DNA from: Hemiscyllium ocellatum
Taxonomy: Eukaryota
NCBI RefSeq assembly: GCF_020745735.1
Contig: NC_083418.1
Location: forward strand, 22,647,776-22,711,775
Direction: 5' to 3'
Length of the DNA stretch: 64,000 nt
The notes beneath the pieces were generated by a model. That model saw nothing but the letters and a program-made list of their open reading frames with translations, was not told the DNA's origin and ran no database searches. Of this stretch, positions 1 to 11,763 are shown in pieces. A program made the translations under genes and the position numbers. The stretch's first letter is position 1, and the number at the start of each line of letters is the position of its first letter.

Positions 1-179
1 AAGCTGTGAAACTTAAGGTCTTTTGCTCACCAAGTGTCCCAATGCTAGAGAAACCGTTTGCATGTGGTGAAAATAGAATTGCTGTTAAAATGTAAGGTTG
101 CTGCCTTATGTACACATTCACTTGAATTTACACTTCCTCTGCAAAGCGGTTTAAAGTCAGAGTTGGGCATGTTTAGGGA

Positions 180-1270
180 GGATGACACAGAATCTACAGA
201 CGGTTCTGGGTAGGTTGAATGAGGTTGAAAATTGGCAAATGGACATTGTTCATTGTGATCTGACTGGCCACTCAGCCATTCAGAGGTTCCACGCGCTGAT
301 CAACATTGACTTTCTGTTTGAGAAATCAATGAGGCATATGGATCATGCAAGGCCACACACTGAAAAGAATTAGAGAGATTATTGCAGTTGGAATATAATG
401 TGATGTCATGCATTTTGGCAAGAAGAATAGAACAGCTGAATATTATTTAAATGGGGGAGGATTGCAGTAAGCTACAGAACAGAGAGATTTGGGAGTCATC
501 AACTATGAATCACAAAAAACTAGCATCAAAGTTCAGCAGATAATGAAGAAGGCTATTGGATTGTTAGCCTTTATTGCAAAATAGAATATAAAAGTAGTGA
601 GAAAAGGATGCTGGAAATCCGAAACAAAAACAACATTGCTAGAGAAGCTTAGCAAGTTGCACAGTATCTGAAGAGAGAAAACAGAGTCAACAATTCAAGT
701 CAAGTGTCCCTTCTTCAGAGATCTGCAAAAACCAGATAAGGCACTAGTCAGACTGGATAGGAATACTGTGAACAGGTTTGCTCCCATTATCTTAGGAAAG
801 ACTGGAGGCATTCTCAAGGAGGTTCACGAGGTTAATGGAGGATTCCCCCGCTTATGGAGGAATTTTCTAATGGGGAGAGGTCGAGTACATTGGGCTTGTA
901 TTGGCTGTAGTTTGAATGAAAGGAGACCTTATTGACATATAGGATTGTTTGGGGGCTTGAGGGTATAGGTGCAGAGAATCTAGGACCAAGGGCACAATCT
1001 CAGAATTAGGGGTCATCTATTTAAAGACAGCAATGAGGAGTTTTCTCAGAGGGCAGTGAAGCTGTGGAATTCTTTACTGTAGAGGATTGTCAAGACTGGG
1101 TCATTTAAGTACAGTCAAGACTGAGAGAGATTTTTAAGCAGTAAGAGGATCATAGGTTGAGGGGGCAAGGCAGAAAAGTGGAGTTGAGGATGATCAGATC
1201 GGCCATGACCTCACTGAATGTTGAAGTAGACTCATTGGTTTGGCTTCTGCTTCTCCATCTTTTTGTCTTC
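180..1270 (+). mobile_element. Old degenerate CR1-type LINE 3' fragment, interrupted by a PLE-terminus remnant (~600-720)
   Basis: Decayed W(Q)MEYNV..HFG..QRDLGV RT C-terminal motifs and a CR1 3'UTR. Confidence 0.7.
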
Positions 1271-1571
1271 TGGTTTGATGCATGTGGAATTCCTGTTTTG
1301 AATTACTTTTTAATTTTGCACCTGAAACAAACCTGCCTCAATCTTTTGAAAATTTAAAATCTTCCCTGTTGAGTTGCAAGAAATTGCAACTGTTGAAGGC
1401 AATTCAGGATGGGCAACATCCTGATGCAGGCCTTGCCAAAACACTCCCATCTCAATAATAAAGAAAAGTCATAATGCAATTGACTCCTAAATGGTGGCAA
1501 TATCGTCAAAGCAGTTAACCAATTAGCAATGTAGATTACTTATGTCTTCGGTATTGTGGATCAGCAACCTC

Positions 1572-1707
1572 ATATGAATAGGAAGGATTTGGAGCGATAT
1601 AGGCCAGATGCTAGCAGGTAGGACGAGATTAGGGTGGGATATCTGGTCAGCATGAATGAGTTGGACCGCAGGGTCTGTTTCCGTGCTGTACATCTGTATG
1701 ACTCTAT
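1572..1707 (+). mobile_element. CR1/HER1 3' end
   Basis: atatgaataggaagg...gggtctgtttccgtgctgtacatctgtatgactctat tail, shared with many copies in the window. Confidence 0.85.
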
Positions 1708-2052
1708 ACTCAGATTATCACGAATTAACATCAGTTTTTACACACTTTTCCATTTAAAATATAGCAATTATGAAACATTGGTATTCCTGCTTTGAATGTT
1801 TTCTGTTGCACTTACATCACAGAACATTCAACATCGATCTGCTACGATCAAAGAATCATGTTAAATGTTCGTCTGTCTGACTTGATCAACCTGCTCTGTT
1901 TCACTGACCATTTAATACTTGTATCTGCTGGTGCTGAATTCTCAAATGATATAAAAGATATGGATTTAAACCTGCCTATTTAATGTTTAGTTTGTTTTAA
2001 AATAAGTCATCAAGGTAATTGTGGCAATTTTTTCTTCCCTTCTGTTGTTTAG

Positions 2053-2181
2053 AAGCCAGCCTTTTCCAAGGATGATTTTCTGCCTATGGATCTGGGTACC
2101 TTTTATAGGGAATTTCAGAACCCTCCTCAACTGAGCAGCCTCTCAATAGACATCAGTGCCCAGTCAATGGCTGAGGATCTG
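2053..2181 (+). CDS. ATG13: ATG13 penultimate coding exon ([43 protein letters not shown])
   Basis: Polypyrimidine tract and AG at 2051-2052, GTAAG donor at 2182, 129 nt in phase 0. The peptide closely matches the vertebrate ATG13 C-terminal region as I recall it ([43 protein letters not shown]). Confidence 0.95.
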
Positions 2182-2414
2182 GTAAGAAAATACAGGCTTC
2201 TGTTTAAAATAAAATACGTAGTGCAAAATCTCAACAGTTCAGAAATCAAAGTACTTTCTCTGTTTGACTAATTGTTATTGTGCTGCATTTAGATAAACTA
2301 TAAGTTTTTGTTCATCTCACCTCTTTAGCTGTAATTCTCCTACAGAGAGGAGCGAGAGGTAGCAAGTGTTCCCGACTACCTGCAGTTAGTTGAACTAGAG
2401 CAATTGAGTCAATT

Positions 2415-2547
2415 TCTAGATTAGTGTGGTGCTGGAAAAGCACCGCAGTTCAGGCAGCATCCGAGGAGCAGGAAAATCGACATTTTGGGCAAAAGCTTTC
2501 ATCAGGAATAGAGGCAGAGTACCTGCAGGATGGAGAGATAAATGAGT
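2415..2547 (-). mobile_element. Short Penelope-terminus insertion with degenerate hammerhead, in the ATG13 intron
   Basis: Reverse complement of the 3' end of the PLE at 3014-4315. 14-bp direct repeat caattgagtcaatt at 2401-2414 and 2548-2561 (TSD). Confidence 0.85.
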
Positions 2548-3013
2548 CAATTGAGTCAATTGCCCAAGGATGTAAAACTATGGATATTTTAAGGATCAGC
2601 CTTTCTTTTATAAAGTCAAATGTTACACATTGCTCATAATGTAATTAATATGCTCCATGCTGCAGCGCTGTAACTTTTCATTATTACAGTTTTGTTTTCT
2701 ATTATCTCATCTTCAAAGCAATTCTCTTAAGCCAAAGCAATAGAGTTCACCAGGGCTCATCACTTTGAGGGGATATGCTAGGAGAGATCTTATGACTCCT
2801 CTGCCCATCTCCTCCTTTTCCTCCAGCAGCCCTGTTCCACTTGCCCTGCATGAAGTTGATTGGCTTGCGATCTTGAGGAACGCTTTTATATCACCAAAGT
2901 TGAACATGGCTATTTACTGTGACGAGTAAATTTGAGTGGCTTGCATACCTGAAAATTGGCTGTAAACATAATTAGGTGACCACACTACCAGATTTGCTGA
3001 GGAGCCTGGATCT

Positions 3014-4315
3014 TCACCAACACATTCCATCCTGACCTTTAAATTTAACTGGACCACCTCCCTCCCCTTCCTGGACCTCTCCATCTCCATTAATGATGAC
3101 CGACTTGACACCAACATATTTTACAAACCCACCGACTGCCACAGCTACCTGGATTACACCTCTTCCCACCCTACCTCCTGCAAAAATGCCATCCCGTATA
3201 CCCAATTCCTCCGCCGTATCTGCTCCCAGGAGGACCAGTTCCACCACAGAACACACCAGATGGCCTCCTTCTTTAGAGACCACAATTTCCCTTCCCAAGT
3301 GGTTAAAGATGCCCTCCAACGCATCTCGTCCACATCCTGCACCTCCGCCCTCAGACCCCACCCCTCCAACCGTAACAAGGACAGAACGCCCCTGGTGCTC
3401 ACCTTCCACCCTACAAACCTTCGCATAAACCAAATCATCCGCCGACATTTCCAACACCTCCAAACAGACTCCACCACCAGGGATATATTTCCCTCCCCAC
3501 CCCTTTTCCACCTTCAGCAAAGACTGTTCCCTCTGTGACTACCTGGTCAGGTCCATGCCTCCGTCCAACCCACCCTCCCATCCTGGCATCTTCCCCTGCC
3601 ACCGCAGGAATTGCAAAACCTGCACCCACACCTCCTCCCTCATTCCATCCAAGGCCCTGAAGGAGCCTTCCACATCCATCAAAGTTTTACCTGCACATCC
3701 ACCAATATCGTTTATTGTATCCATTGCTCCCGAAGTGGTCTCCTCTACATTAGGGAGACTGGACGCCTCCCAGCAGAGCGCTTTAGGGAACATCTCTGAG
3801 ACACCCGCACCAATCAACCATACCAACCTGTGGCCCAACATTTCAACTCCCCCTCCCACTCTGCCGAGGACATGGAGGTCCTGGGCCTCCTTCACCGCCG
3901 CTCCCTCACCACCAGACGCCTGGAGGAAGAATGCCTCAGAACACTTCAACCCCAGGGCATCAATGTGGACTTCAACAGTTTCCTCATTTTCCCCTTCCCC
4001 CACCTCACCCCAGTTCCAAACTTCCAGCTCAGCACTGTCCCCATGACTTGTCCTGACTTGTCCTACCTGCCTATCTTCTTTTCCACTTATCCACTCCACC
4101 CTCCCCCCTGACCTATCACCTCCATCCCCACCCCCATTCACCTATTGTACTCTATGCTACTTTCTCCCCACCCCCACCCCCCTCCTCTCATTTATTTCTC
4201 CACCCTTCAGGCACTCTGCCTGTATTCCTGATGACGGGCTTTTGCCCAAAACGTTTTACTGCTCCTCGGATGCTGCCTGAACTGCTGTGCTTTTCCAGCA
4301 CCACTCTAATCTAGA
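3014..4315 (+). mobile_element. 5'-truncated Penelope-like retroelement (RT C-terminus, Cys-rich linker, GIY-YIG endonuclease, 3' terminus with hammerhead); frameshifted
   Basis: LPFLDLSI..FYKPTDCHSYLDYTSSHP (PLE RT), CHRRNCKTC, NIVYCIHC..LYIRETGR..RFREH (GIY-YIG), VAQHFN..H, TLQPQGINVDF. CTGATGA-CGGGCTTTTGCCC-AAAACGTT at 4228-4255. Confidence 0.92.
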
Positions 4316-5011
4316 CTCTTGGGCTAAATAGCTTGTCTGGTCTGATAGATTCTATTTCAGTCAATTGGGACCCAGGGTGGAATCCTGGATGGCTGAGGGG
4401 TACTGCATTATGGTTCAGGGAGATCAGCTTAAAAAGCTCAGTGAAACCATCCCAGCCTCATAAAAAACAGTCAATTGAGTGTGATATCAGGCATTTGCTA
4501 AGGCTTGTGAAATTACATCAACATCTTCAAGGCAGGAGCATTAAAGAGGGTGTTATCAATTGGGACTGATGATTGTAACATTTTCTATGAAGAACCTGAG
4601 CAAGTGTTTCAGCATTTATGATAATGTTTGAGTCATTTCTTCTCTGCAGAAAGCCTGATTGAAATCAATAAAAACAGAAACATTGGTGCACATGAACTGA
4701 CTTTATGATGATGAAATGTGATGAATGGGGAAATGCAATGTAGAAAAGGAATCTGCAGTACAAGTATAGATAAGGTGAGGTATCAAAAGTGCCATGAAAT
4801 TTTGAATACTCACCTGAGGTAATGAGGACCTTGTTCCTCAAATATGGTGAACTGTGACTCCAGCACTGTAGCTCTCCAAAAATGTTAGTCAAGATCACAG
4901 GCTGAAACTGAGGTGGGCAGCTTGATAACCCACTTTCTGAATCAGGGGTGAGAATTTCACAATTAAATTATAAGAGCTGTTTTTTCCTCTTCCATTTTAT
5001 TTCTGCTTCAG

Positions 5012-5089
5012 GATTCTTTGCCTGAGAAGCTGGCAATCTATGAGAAGAACATGGAAGAATTTGATGCCTTTGTAGACACTCTGCAGTAA
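5012..5089 (+). CDS. ATG13: ATG13 last coding exon ([25 protein letters not shown])
   Basis: Pyrimidine tract and CAG acceptor ending at 5011, in frame with the previous exon, TAA at 5087-5089. Matches the ATG13 C-terminus ([25 protein letters not shown]), the ULK1-binding tail. Confidence 0.95.
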   Translation, partial: DSLPEKLAIYEKNMEEFDAFVDTLQ

Positions 5090-5530
5090 CCAAGGACAGT
5101 ATCTTACCCTGCTTCAGGAACTATACCTGCAGCAAAAAAACTGAAGTCGAAAGCTGTTTTTCTTCTGCTATAAATAAAATGTATATATTTTTAGAAGTAC
5201 AAAATCTCCTTATTTCTATAGATGTTCTACCTGCAGTCTATAAGTACATTTCAGGTTGTACTCACTGATTTGCTGCTGTATTGAAAAGTGAGAGTCTATC
5301 TTAATTTACTGTACACACCTGTGTAAATATCTTGTAAAGCCAAGCAATATTTAATCACTGCATTTGTTTATATTGAACTCTGAAGTCTTGTGTCTTTCTT
5401 GCAAGCCTGGTTATATTCAAAAGATGGTTTCTAATTTAAGGTACAGCATGTTGTTCCTTTGAGCTGTCATTTGTAGCTTCTCACTTCACTGTAGAAAAAT
5501 AAACGACAAAAACCGGCTGGGCTCGTACCA
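5090..5530 (+). terminator. ATG13: ATG13 3'UTR with candidate polyadenylation signals
   Basis: AATAAA at 5173-5178 and 5498-5503; the second is followed by GT-rich sequence. Confidence 0.55.
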
Positions 5531-7216
5531 GTTTGGTGGTCTTGGTGATAAAGGTGTAAATGTACTTCCTATTTATAATTTAAAATATCCTGATGAGCTT
5601 TTCCCTGTTCCTGTGCTAATATAAAGCTAAAAACAAAATGAAATAGTTGTATTTATTTCCCTCTTGTCAGTTCTGGATATGTCATGATGCGGTGGACTTC
5701 ACATAAAATACAAATTGCGGACGCTGAATGAATTCTGATTCTGAGACAGTAAACCTGAAGGATGACAACCCTTATGTCAGTCCACCCAGTTACATTTTGA
5801 CTTTGTTGGGGGAAATGGTCAACCAAATATGCTGCATATGCTGGAAATCTAGAATTTAAAAAAAGGTCACATGACCTAAAATGTGGGCCAGTGCTGTGAT
5901 GTGTGCAATATGAGAAAAATGGATAAATATACAGAATTTAAACAATCCAAATCTCAAAATGGAGAAGAACTTCTGTCACTTTTAACTGCCCCACCCCCCC
6001 AAACCTTAAATGGTGACTTGAGAATCTTACAATTGAGCAACTACTTCCAAAAGTTGCATCTTATTAATACACCAATTCATCTTATTTCCATGTCATCTTA
6101 AAATATCTTTTCCTTCCTAAGAAACTAGACGCCACAAATTCCAAGCATGTAAATGGCATTGTACACCCATAAAGTCACTGCTCTTCTTTGTATTATTTAT
6201 AACCTGTTTCCTGATAGTTTTATTGGTTAAAGGCTTAAATGAACAAATGAATTTGGGATATGTGTTTTTAAATTATAACCCATAGAACTTGCAATGTCCC
6301 ATACACTGCCGACTAACTCCATCAGAATACCTCACCACCACACACCTTCACGCACGCGCACACACACAGGCACACCTTTTCCCTTACACCATATCAGCAT
6401 TACTAACTGTGCCAGCCACTGTCATGCTGTCCAGTATTCATCTCCTTAACCGCCTATGAGAGAAGAAGTCTTGTCTTAATGGTAGAGGAGGGCCACAACC
6501 ACTTTTCGTGCGTTTGAGACCTCCATATCCTGACAACAAAGTACGATTCATTATCCGATGATGTGTTGCTCTGCCATTACCACCACTCTGAATGTATCAA
6601 CATCCCCAAAGATGTGCCCCTGTTTTGTAACTTATTTTCTCTCTTGTCACCTACAATCAGCAGTGACATCCACAAAGTCTCTGTTATGAAAAGACCAACC
6701 CCTCCTCTCTTTTCCCCCTCTGAAGAAAAAAGCAGCATATCACTGCAGTGTCTCCAAGAAAGAAAGGGCCAAAGTCACTGGCATTCATTGGTGGTTTAGA
6801 TGGAACTTTATTACATTCCCACATTTGTTATTCTTTGTTCACTTTTAATCAATAGCTGTGTGAGTGAATGTCGTTCTAGCTCCAACTATTAGAATGAATG
6901 TCAAGAGCCTAGTCATTCTAAGTGCCACGTGATGTTCTAAGTCTGTCCAAATGATAGCTATTCTTTCTGTAGTGCTCACAATAGCATGAAACATTGTCAT
7001 GCTTGAATGAGGGAGCATCAGATTTGCATCTTATTTATTCATGGGATGGAGGTGTCACTGACTGCACCAGGATCTATTGCCTATCCCTAATTGCGCTTGA
7101 GAAGGTGGGTAACAAGCTGCTGCTGTTGTGAAGAGTTCCATCAGGTTGCAACCTTAACTTTCATTGAACAACAGAAAAATCATAAGATCAAAGTGCTCTA
7201 GCAGTTGGGATTACAT

Positions 7217-8500
7217 CACAGAATCATGGAGATGTACAGCACGGAAATAGACCCTTCAGTCTAACTTTTCATGCCGCCCAAATAGCCCTGACCAATCTAG
7301 TCCCACCTGCCAGCATCTGGCCCATATCCCTCCAAACCCTTCCCATTCATATACCCATTTGAATGCCTTTTAAATGTTGCAATTGTACTAGCCTCCACCA
7401 ATTCCTCTGGCAGCTCATTCCATATACGTACCACCCTCTGAGTGAAAAAGTTGCCCCTTAGGTCTCTTTTATATCTTTTCCCTCTCACCCTAAACCTATG
7501 CCCTCTAGTTCTGGACTCCCCCACCCCAGGGAAAAGACTTTGTCTATTTATCCTATCCATGCCCCTCATGACCTCTGTAAGGTCACCCCTCAGCCTCCAA
7601 CACTCAAGGGAAAACAGCCCAAGCCTATTCAACCTCTCCCTATAGCTCATTCTCCAAACCTGGCAATGTCCTTGTAAATCTTTTCTGAACCCTTTCATGT
7701 TTCACAACATCTTTCCGATAGGAAGAAGACCAGAATTGCACGCAGTATTCCAACAGTGGCCTAACCAATGTCCTGTGCAGCTGCAACATGACCTGTCAAC
7801 TCCTGTACTCAATACTCTGACCTATAAAGGAAAGCATACCAAATGCCTTCTTCACTATCCTATCTCCCTGTGCCTCCACTTTCAAGAAGCTTTGAACCTG
7901 TACTCCAAGGTCTCTGTTCAGCAACACTCCCTAGGACTTTACTATTAAGTGTATAAGTCCCGCTAAGATTTGCTTTCCCAAAAAGCAGCGCCTTGCATCT
8001 ATCTGAATTAAATTCCATCTGCCACTTTTCATTGGCCCATCTGATGAAGATCACATTGTACTCTGAGGTAACCTTCTTTACTGTGCACTACACCTCCAAT
8101 TTTGGTGTCATCAGCAAACTATACCTCTTATGCAGTGGACCCAGCACCAATCCATGTGATTACCCCACTGGTCACAGCCCTCCACCACCACCCTCATCTT
8201 CTACCTTTGAGCCAGTTCTATCCAAATGACGAGTTCTCCCTGTATTCCAAAAGATCTAACCTTGCTCACCAGTCTCCCATGGGGAACCTTGTCAAATGCC
8301 TTGCTGAAGTCCATATACATCACATCTACCGCTCTGCCCTCATCGATCCTCTTTGTTACTTCCTCAAAAAACTCAATCAAGTTTTTGAGAGTTCTAGCGT
8401 ACACCTGATCAGGTCCTAGGGATTTATCCATCTTCATGCATTTCAACACATCCAGCATTTCCTCCTCTGTAATATGGACATTTCTATATCTCCCATGTCC
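7217..8500 (-). mobile_element. CR1/HER1 LINE fragment with internal deletions
   Basis: YMDFSKAFDKVPH, KWQMEFNSD, RLNRLGLFSLE and FFTQRVVRIWNELP, plus the 3' tail. Confidence 0.93.
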
Positions 8501-8519
8501 TTGTTACCAATCAGTGAAA

Positions 8520-9270
8520 GATGACTGTGCAGATCAGTGCCATTCAGTCAGGCTCACAATATGTCTTTAATGCTTTCGATTACTCTGCAGTGCTGGAGGA
8601 TGCTGAAGGTACCATGCTTTCTGAAGAATGTCCTCATTTTCTTACTTGCTGGAATGTTCATCATACAGTCTCCAGTTGACTACTGCAAGAATCCAAAAGT
8701 TAAGCTGTGTCCTTTGCACAGTGCTGATAGGAACCCCAGACAAACCCTGCATGGAAATTTGATGCAGAAGAGATAATAGCCCTTGCTGACCCGTGTAGAA
8801 AAAGGTGTTGCATTGCAGATATGCTGGACATTATGACATGACATTTCCTATGCCACTTCTAAACAGAAGATTCCCACAAGGCAGAGGCAAGATGACAATT
8901 GACCAGGATTACTACTTGGTGAACACCTTGTGATTGGCAGACCATTAATAGCGAGTCTCTCATCGTACCAAACTCGCCGTGGGTAAAGGCAAGTGAGGAA
9001 GATATTGCACGTAATAGTGAGAGCATGATCCTTTAGTGGGAGGAGGATACAGTGGCAAAGATAGAATGAGTATGAGGTATCAGTGAGTAGAGGAGGTCTT
9101 TGCCCTTCCTATATTGCTGGGCAAACCTCCAAATGGGAGAAACTGCTTTAAACCAGGTGGCATATTTTAAGATGGATGGAAATTGATTATGAGAGAGGCC
9201 ATAGGGGTGGAGTAGATAATTAATGGGTAAGATATGGCGAGAAATCTCACTTAGCCCAACTGCAAAAAAA
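8520..9270 (-). mobile_element. Highly decayed Harbinger-type Myb-gene element remnant, resembling 18320-19500
   Basis: Minus strand gcccagcaatataggaagggcaagacctcctc resembles AQQCRKKVNDLL. Its right-hand end (ttaat..ggtaagat..gagaaa) resembles 19420-19460. Confidence 0.35.
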
Positions 9271-9553
9271 ATTCAACATTTTCAACAAAGCTAGGACTTT
9301 GCCACAAATATGTAAGAATTCAGCCCGTTATCTTTTTCTGATTTAAACTTACCTGTAAATCTTATGTGCTCTTTTTTTACTGAAAATAAGAACATTTGAA
9401 AGAATATAAAAACACTCTTTGTAAAATGCATATTCTTGTGGACAACTGAGTTGGGGAGAAAGGAGCAAGTTATCCCAAACATCTCTCTCCCCAACTGAAG
9501 AAGCGTCATATCAGAATCCAAACATCAACTTTTTTCTCTCTCTGCAGACATTG

Positions 9554-10343
9554 ACATAGAACATAGAAAAATACAGCACAGTACAGGCCCTTTGGCCCTC
9601 GATGTTGCGCCGATCCAAGCCCACCTAACCTACACTAGCCCACTTTCCTCCATATGCCTATCCAATGCCCGTTTAAATGCCCATAAAGAAGGAGAGTCCA
9701 CCACTGCTACTGGCAGGGCATTCCATGAACTCACGACTCGCTGAGTAAAGAATCTACCCCTAACATCTGTCCTATATCTACCACCCCTTAATTTAAAGCT
9801 ATGCCCCCTCATAATAGCTGACTCCATACGTGGAAAAAGGTTCTCATGGTCAACCCTATCTAAACCCCTAATCATCTTGTACACCTCTATCACGTCACCC
9901 CTAAACCTTCTTTTCTCCAATGAAAACAGCCCCAAGTGCCTCAGCCTTTCCTCATACGATCTTCTTACCATACCAGGCAACATCCTGGTAAACCTCCTCT
10001 GCACCCGTTCCAGTGCCTCCACATCCTTCCTATAGTATGGCGACCAAAACTGCACACAATACTCCAGATGCGGCCGCACCAGAGTCTTATACAACTGCAA
10101 CATGACCTCAGGACTCCGGAACTCAATTCCTCTACCAATAAAAGCCAGTACGCCATATGCCTTCTTCACAACACTATTTACCTGGGTGGCAACTTTCAGA
10201 GATCTGTGTATATGGACACCAAGGTCCCTCTGCTCATCCACACTACCAAGTATCCGACCATTAACCCAGTACCCCATGTTCTTGTTACTCTTACCAAAGT
10301 GAATCACTTCACACTTAGCTACATTGAACTCCATTTGCCACCT
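9554..10343 (-). mobile_element. Young 5'-truncated CR1 LINE with an uninterrupted RT C-terminal frame, inserted in an old PLE-terminus remnant
   Basis: 246-aa ORF (WQMEFNVAKCEVIHFG...YKTLVRPHLEYCVQFW...FFTQRVVSSWN) and a (catagaa)n tail. The flanks (9495-9553, 10344-10390) join into one old PLE terminus. Confidence 0.95.
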
Positions 10344-10919
10344 TGCTGCATACCTGTTAGAACTCTCCATTACTTTCTGTTTTTGTACCTAAAAACCAAA
10401 CTCTGCAAAGTATTGCCTAAAATTAAAATGGAATCAAATCAATGGTAGCTATCAAAATGGAGTTAGACGTATGCTTGGAGAAAGAAAATAAATTGCTGGT
10501 CTATAGTGAAAGAGCAATGGATTGGGAGTTCTTGCATAAATGTCTCAAGGAGCCGGTACAACCAAAATGAGGCAAATGGCATGCACCATTAAATGAGCTT
10601 TCAGTGACTCCTTGTACTGTTACAACCAAGATGGGAGACGTGCATTATCACCCTCATAACATAAAATTAAGAAAGGTCACATTGAAATCTCAATATGGCC
10701 ACCCATATGCTTTATTCATTTAGACTTAGAACAAAAAGATCCATCAACCAGATTTCTTTAATAAACACAAAATTATTAATGCATTTTAAAACAAATGACC
10801 AAAGAAGATGCTGAATTGGTTAACACAATTTGTCATATGAAAATATAATATTTATCCATATAAACAACCCAAAACACATAGACCAGCATGCAGGCAAACA
10901 TATTTTCAGGAGAGGGTGG

Positions 10920-11258
10920 GAGGCTGAGGGTTTATAAAATCATGAAGAGCATAGATAAGGTCTTTTCCCTCGGGCTGGGGAATTCAAAACTAAAGGGGAT
11001 TATTTTAAGGTGAGAGATAAAAGATTTCAAAGGGACCTGAGAGATAATCTTTTCACACAGGGGATGGTTCACATGTGGAATGAACTGCCAGAGGAAGTGG
11101 TAAATGCAGGTACAGTTAGAACATTTCAAAGACATTTGAGTAGGTACACAAAAGGAAAAGTTTAGAGGGATATGGGCCAAACGCAGGCAAGTGGGACTAG
11201 TTTAGTTTGGGAAACTTGGTCGGCATGGGTGAGCTGGACCATCCTGTGTGACTCTATG
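10920..11258 (+). mobile_element. CR1 3' fragment
   Basis: tggaatgaactgccagaggaagtgg...gactctatga tail. Confidence 0.85.
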
Positions 11259-11669
11259 AGAGATTTCTCTCCTCAAAGATTCACTTGGAAAAGAAAAAAA
11301 TGCTTTTTGGCCAGTGGTAGTGGTACATATTCTTGAAGGCAAAATCAAAAGGGGTAAGATGTAGAATGTTCTGAAGTCTATTTTTCTTGCATGTGTGGTC
11401 AAGTCACTAATCATGCACAGTTGTACCTGGAGTGTTGTTGTGCATAGCTTGCTCAGAAAATATAATATTGAGAGGTCTTTCAGTCACTCTTCCTAACGAG
11501 CAGTCAGGCATCCCCCTGATCTCACAGGGAATGTGTTTCAGAGACTGGAAATATGAGCTGAGTAGTTTGTTCTATAGCAGGCTGCCCTCATCTGCAAAAT
11601 TCAAACACGATCTCCAAGCCAGCAACCACTTTTCAAACAGAACAACCAGAAAACCTGGTGGAAAATCAG

Positions 11670-11763
11670 TCACAAAACTTTGCAGAAAAGTTCAGCAGGT
11701 CTGGCAGCATATGTGGAGAGTAAGCAGAGTTAACATTTCGGGTTAAGTGACCTTTCCTCAGAA
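11670..11763 (-). mobile_element. Older PLE-terminus remnant with hammerhead-like core
   Basis: Minus strand ttCTGAGGAaaggtcacttaacccGAAAtgttaactctgc...atgctgccagacctgctga. Confidence 0.7.

Noticed and set aside
3014-4141. 168-aa and 200-aa minus-strand ORFs
   Set aside because: Antisense to the C-rich Penelope coding strand; the real motifs are on the plus strand.
4700-4820. Possible C/D-box snoRNA in the ATG13 intron (ATGATGA...CTGA)
   Set aside because: No terminal stem or recognisable rRNA guide; such motifs are expected by chance in AT-rich DNA.
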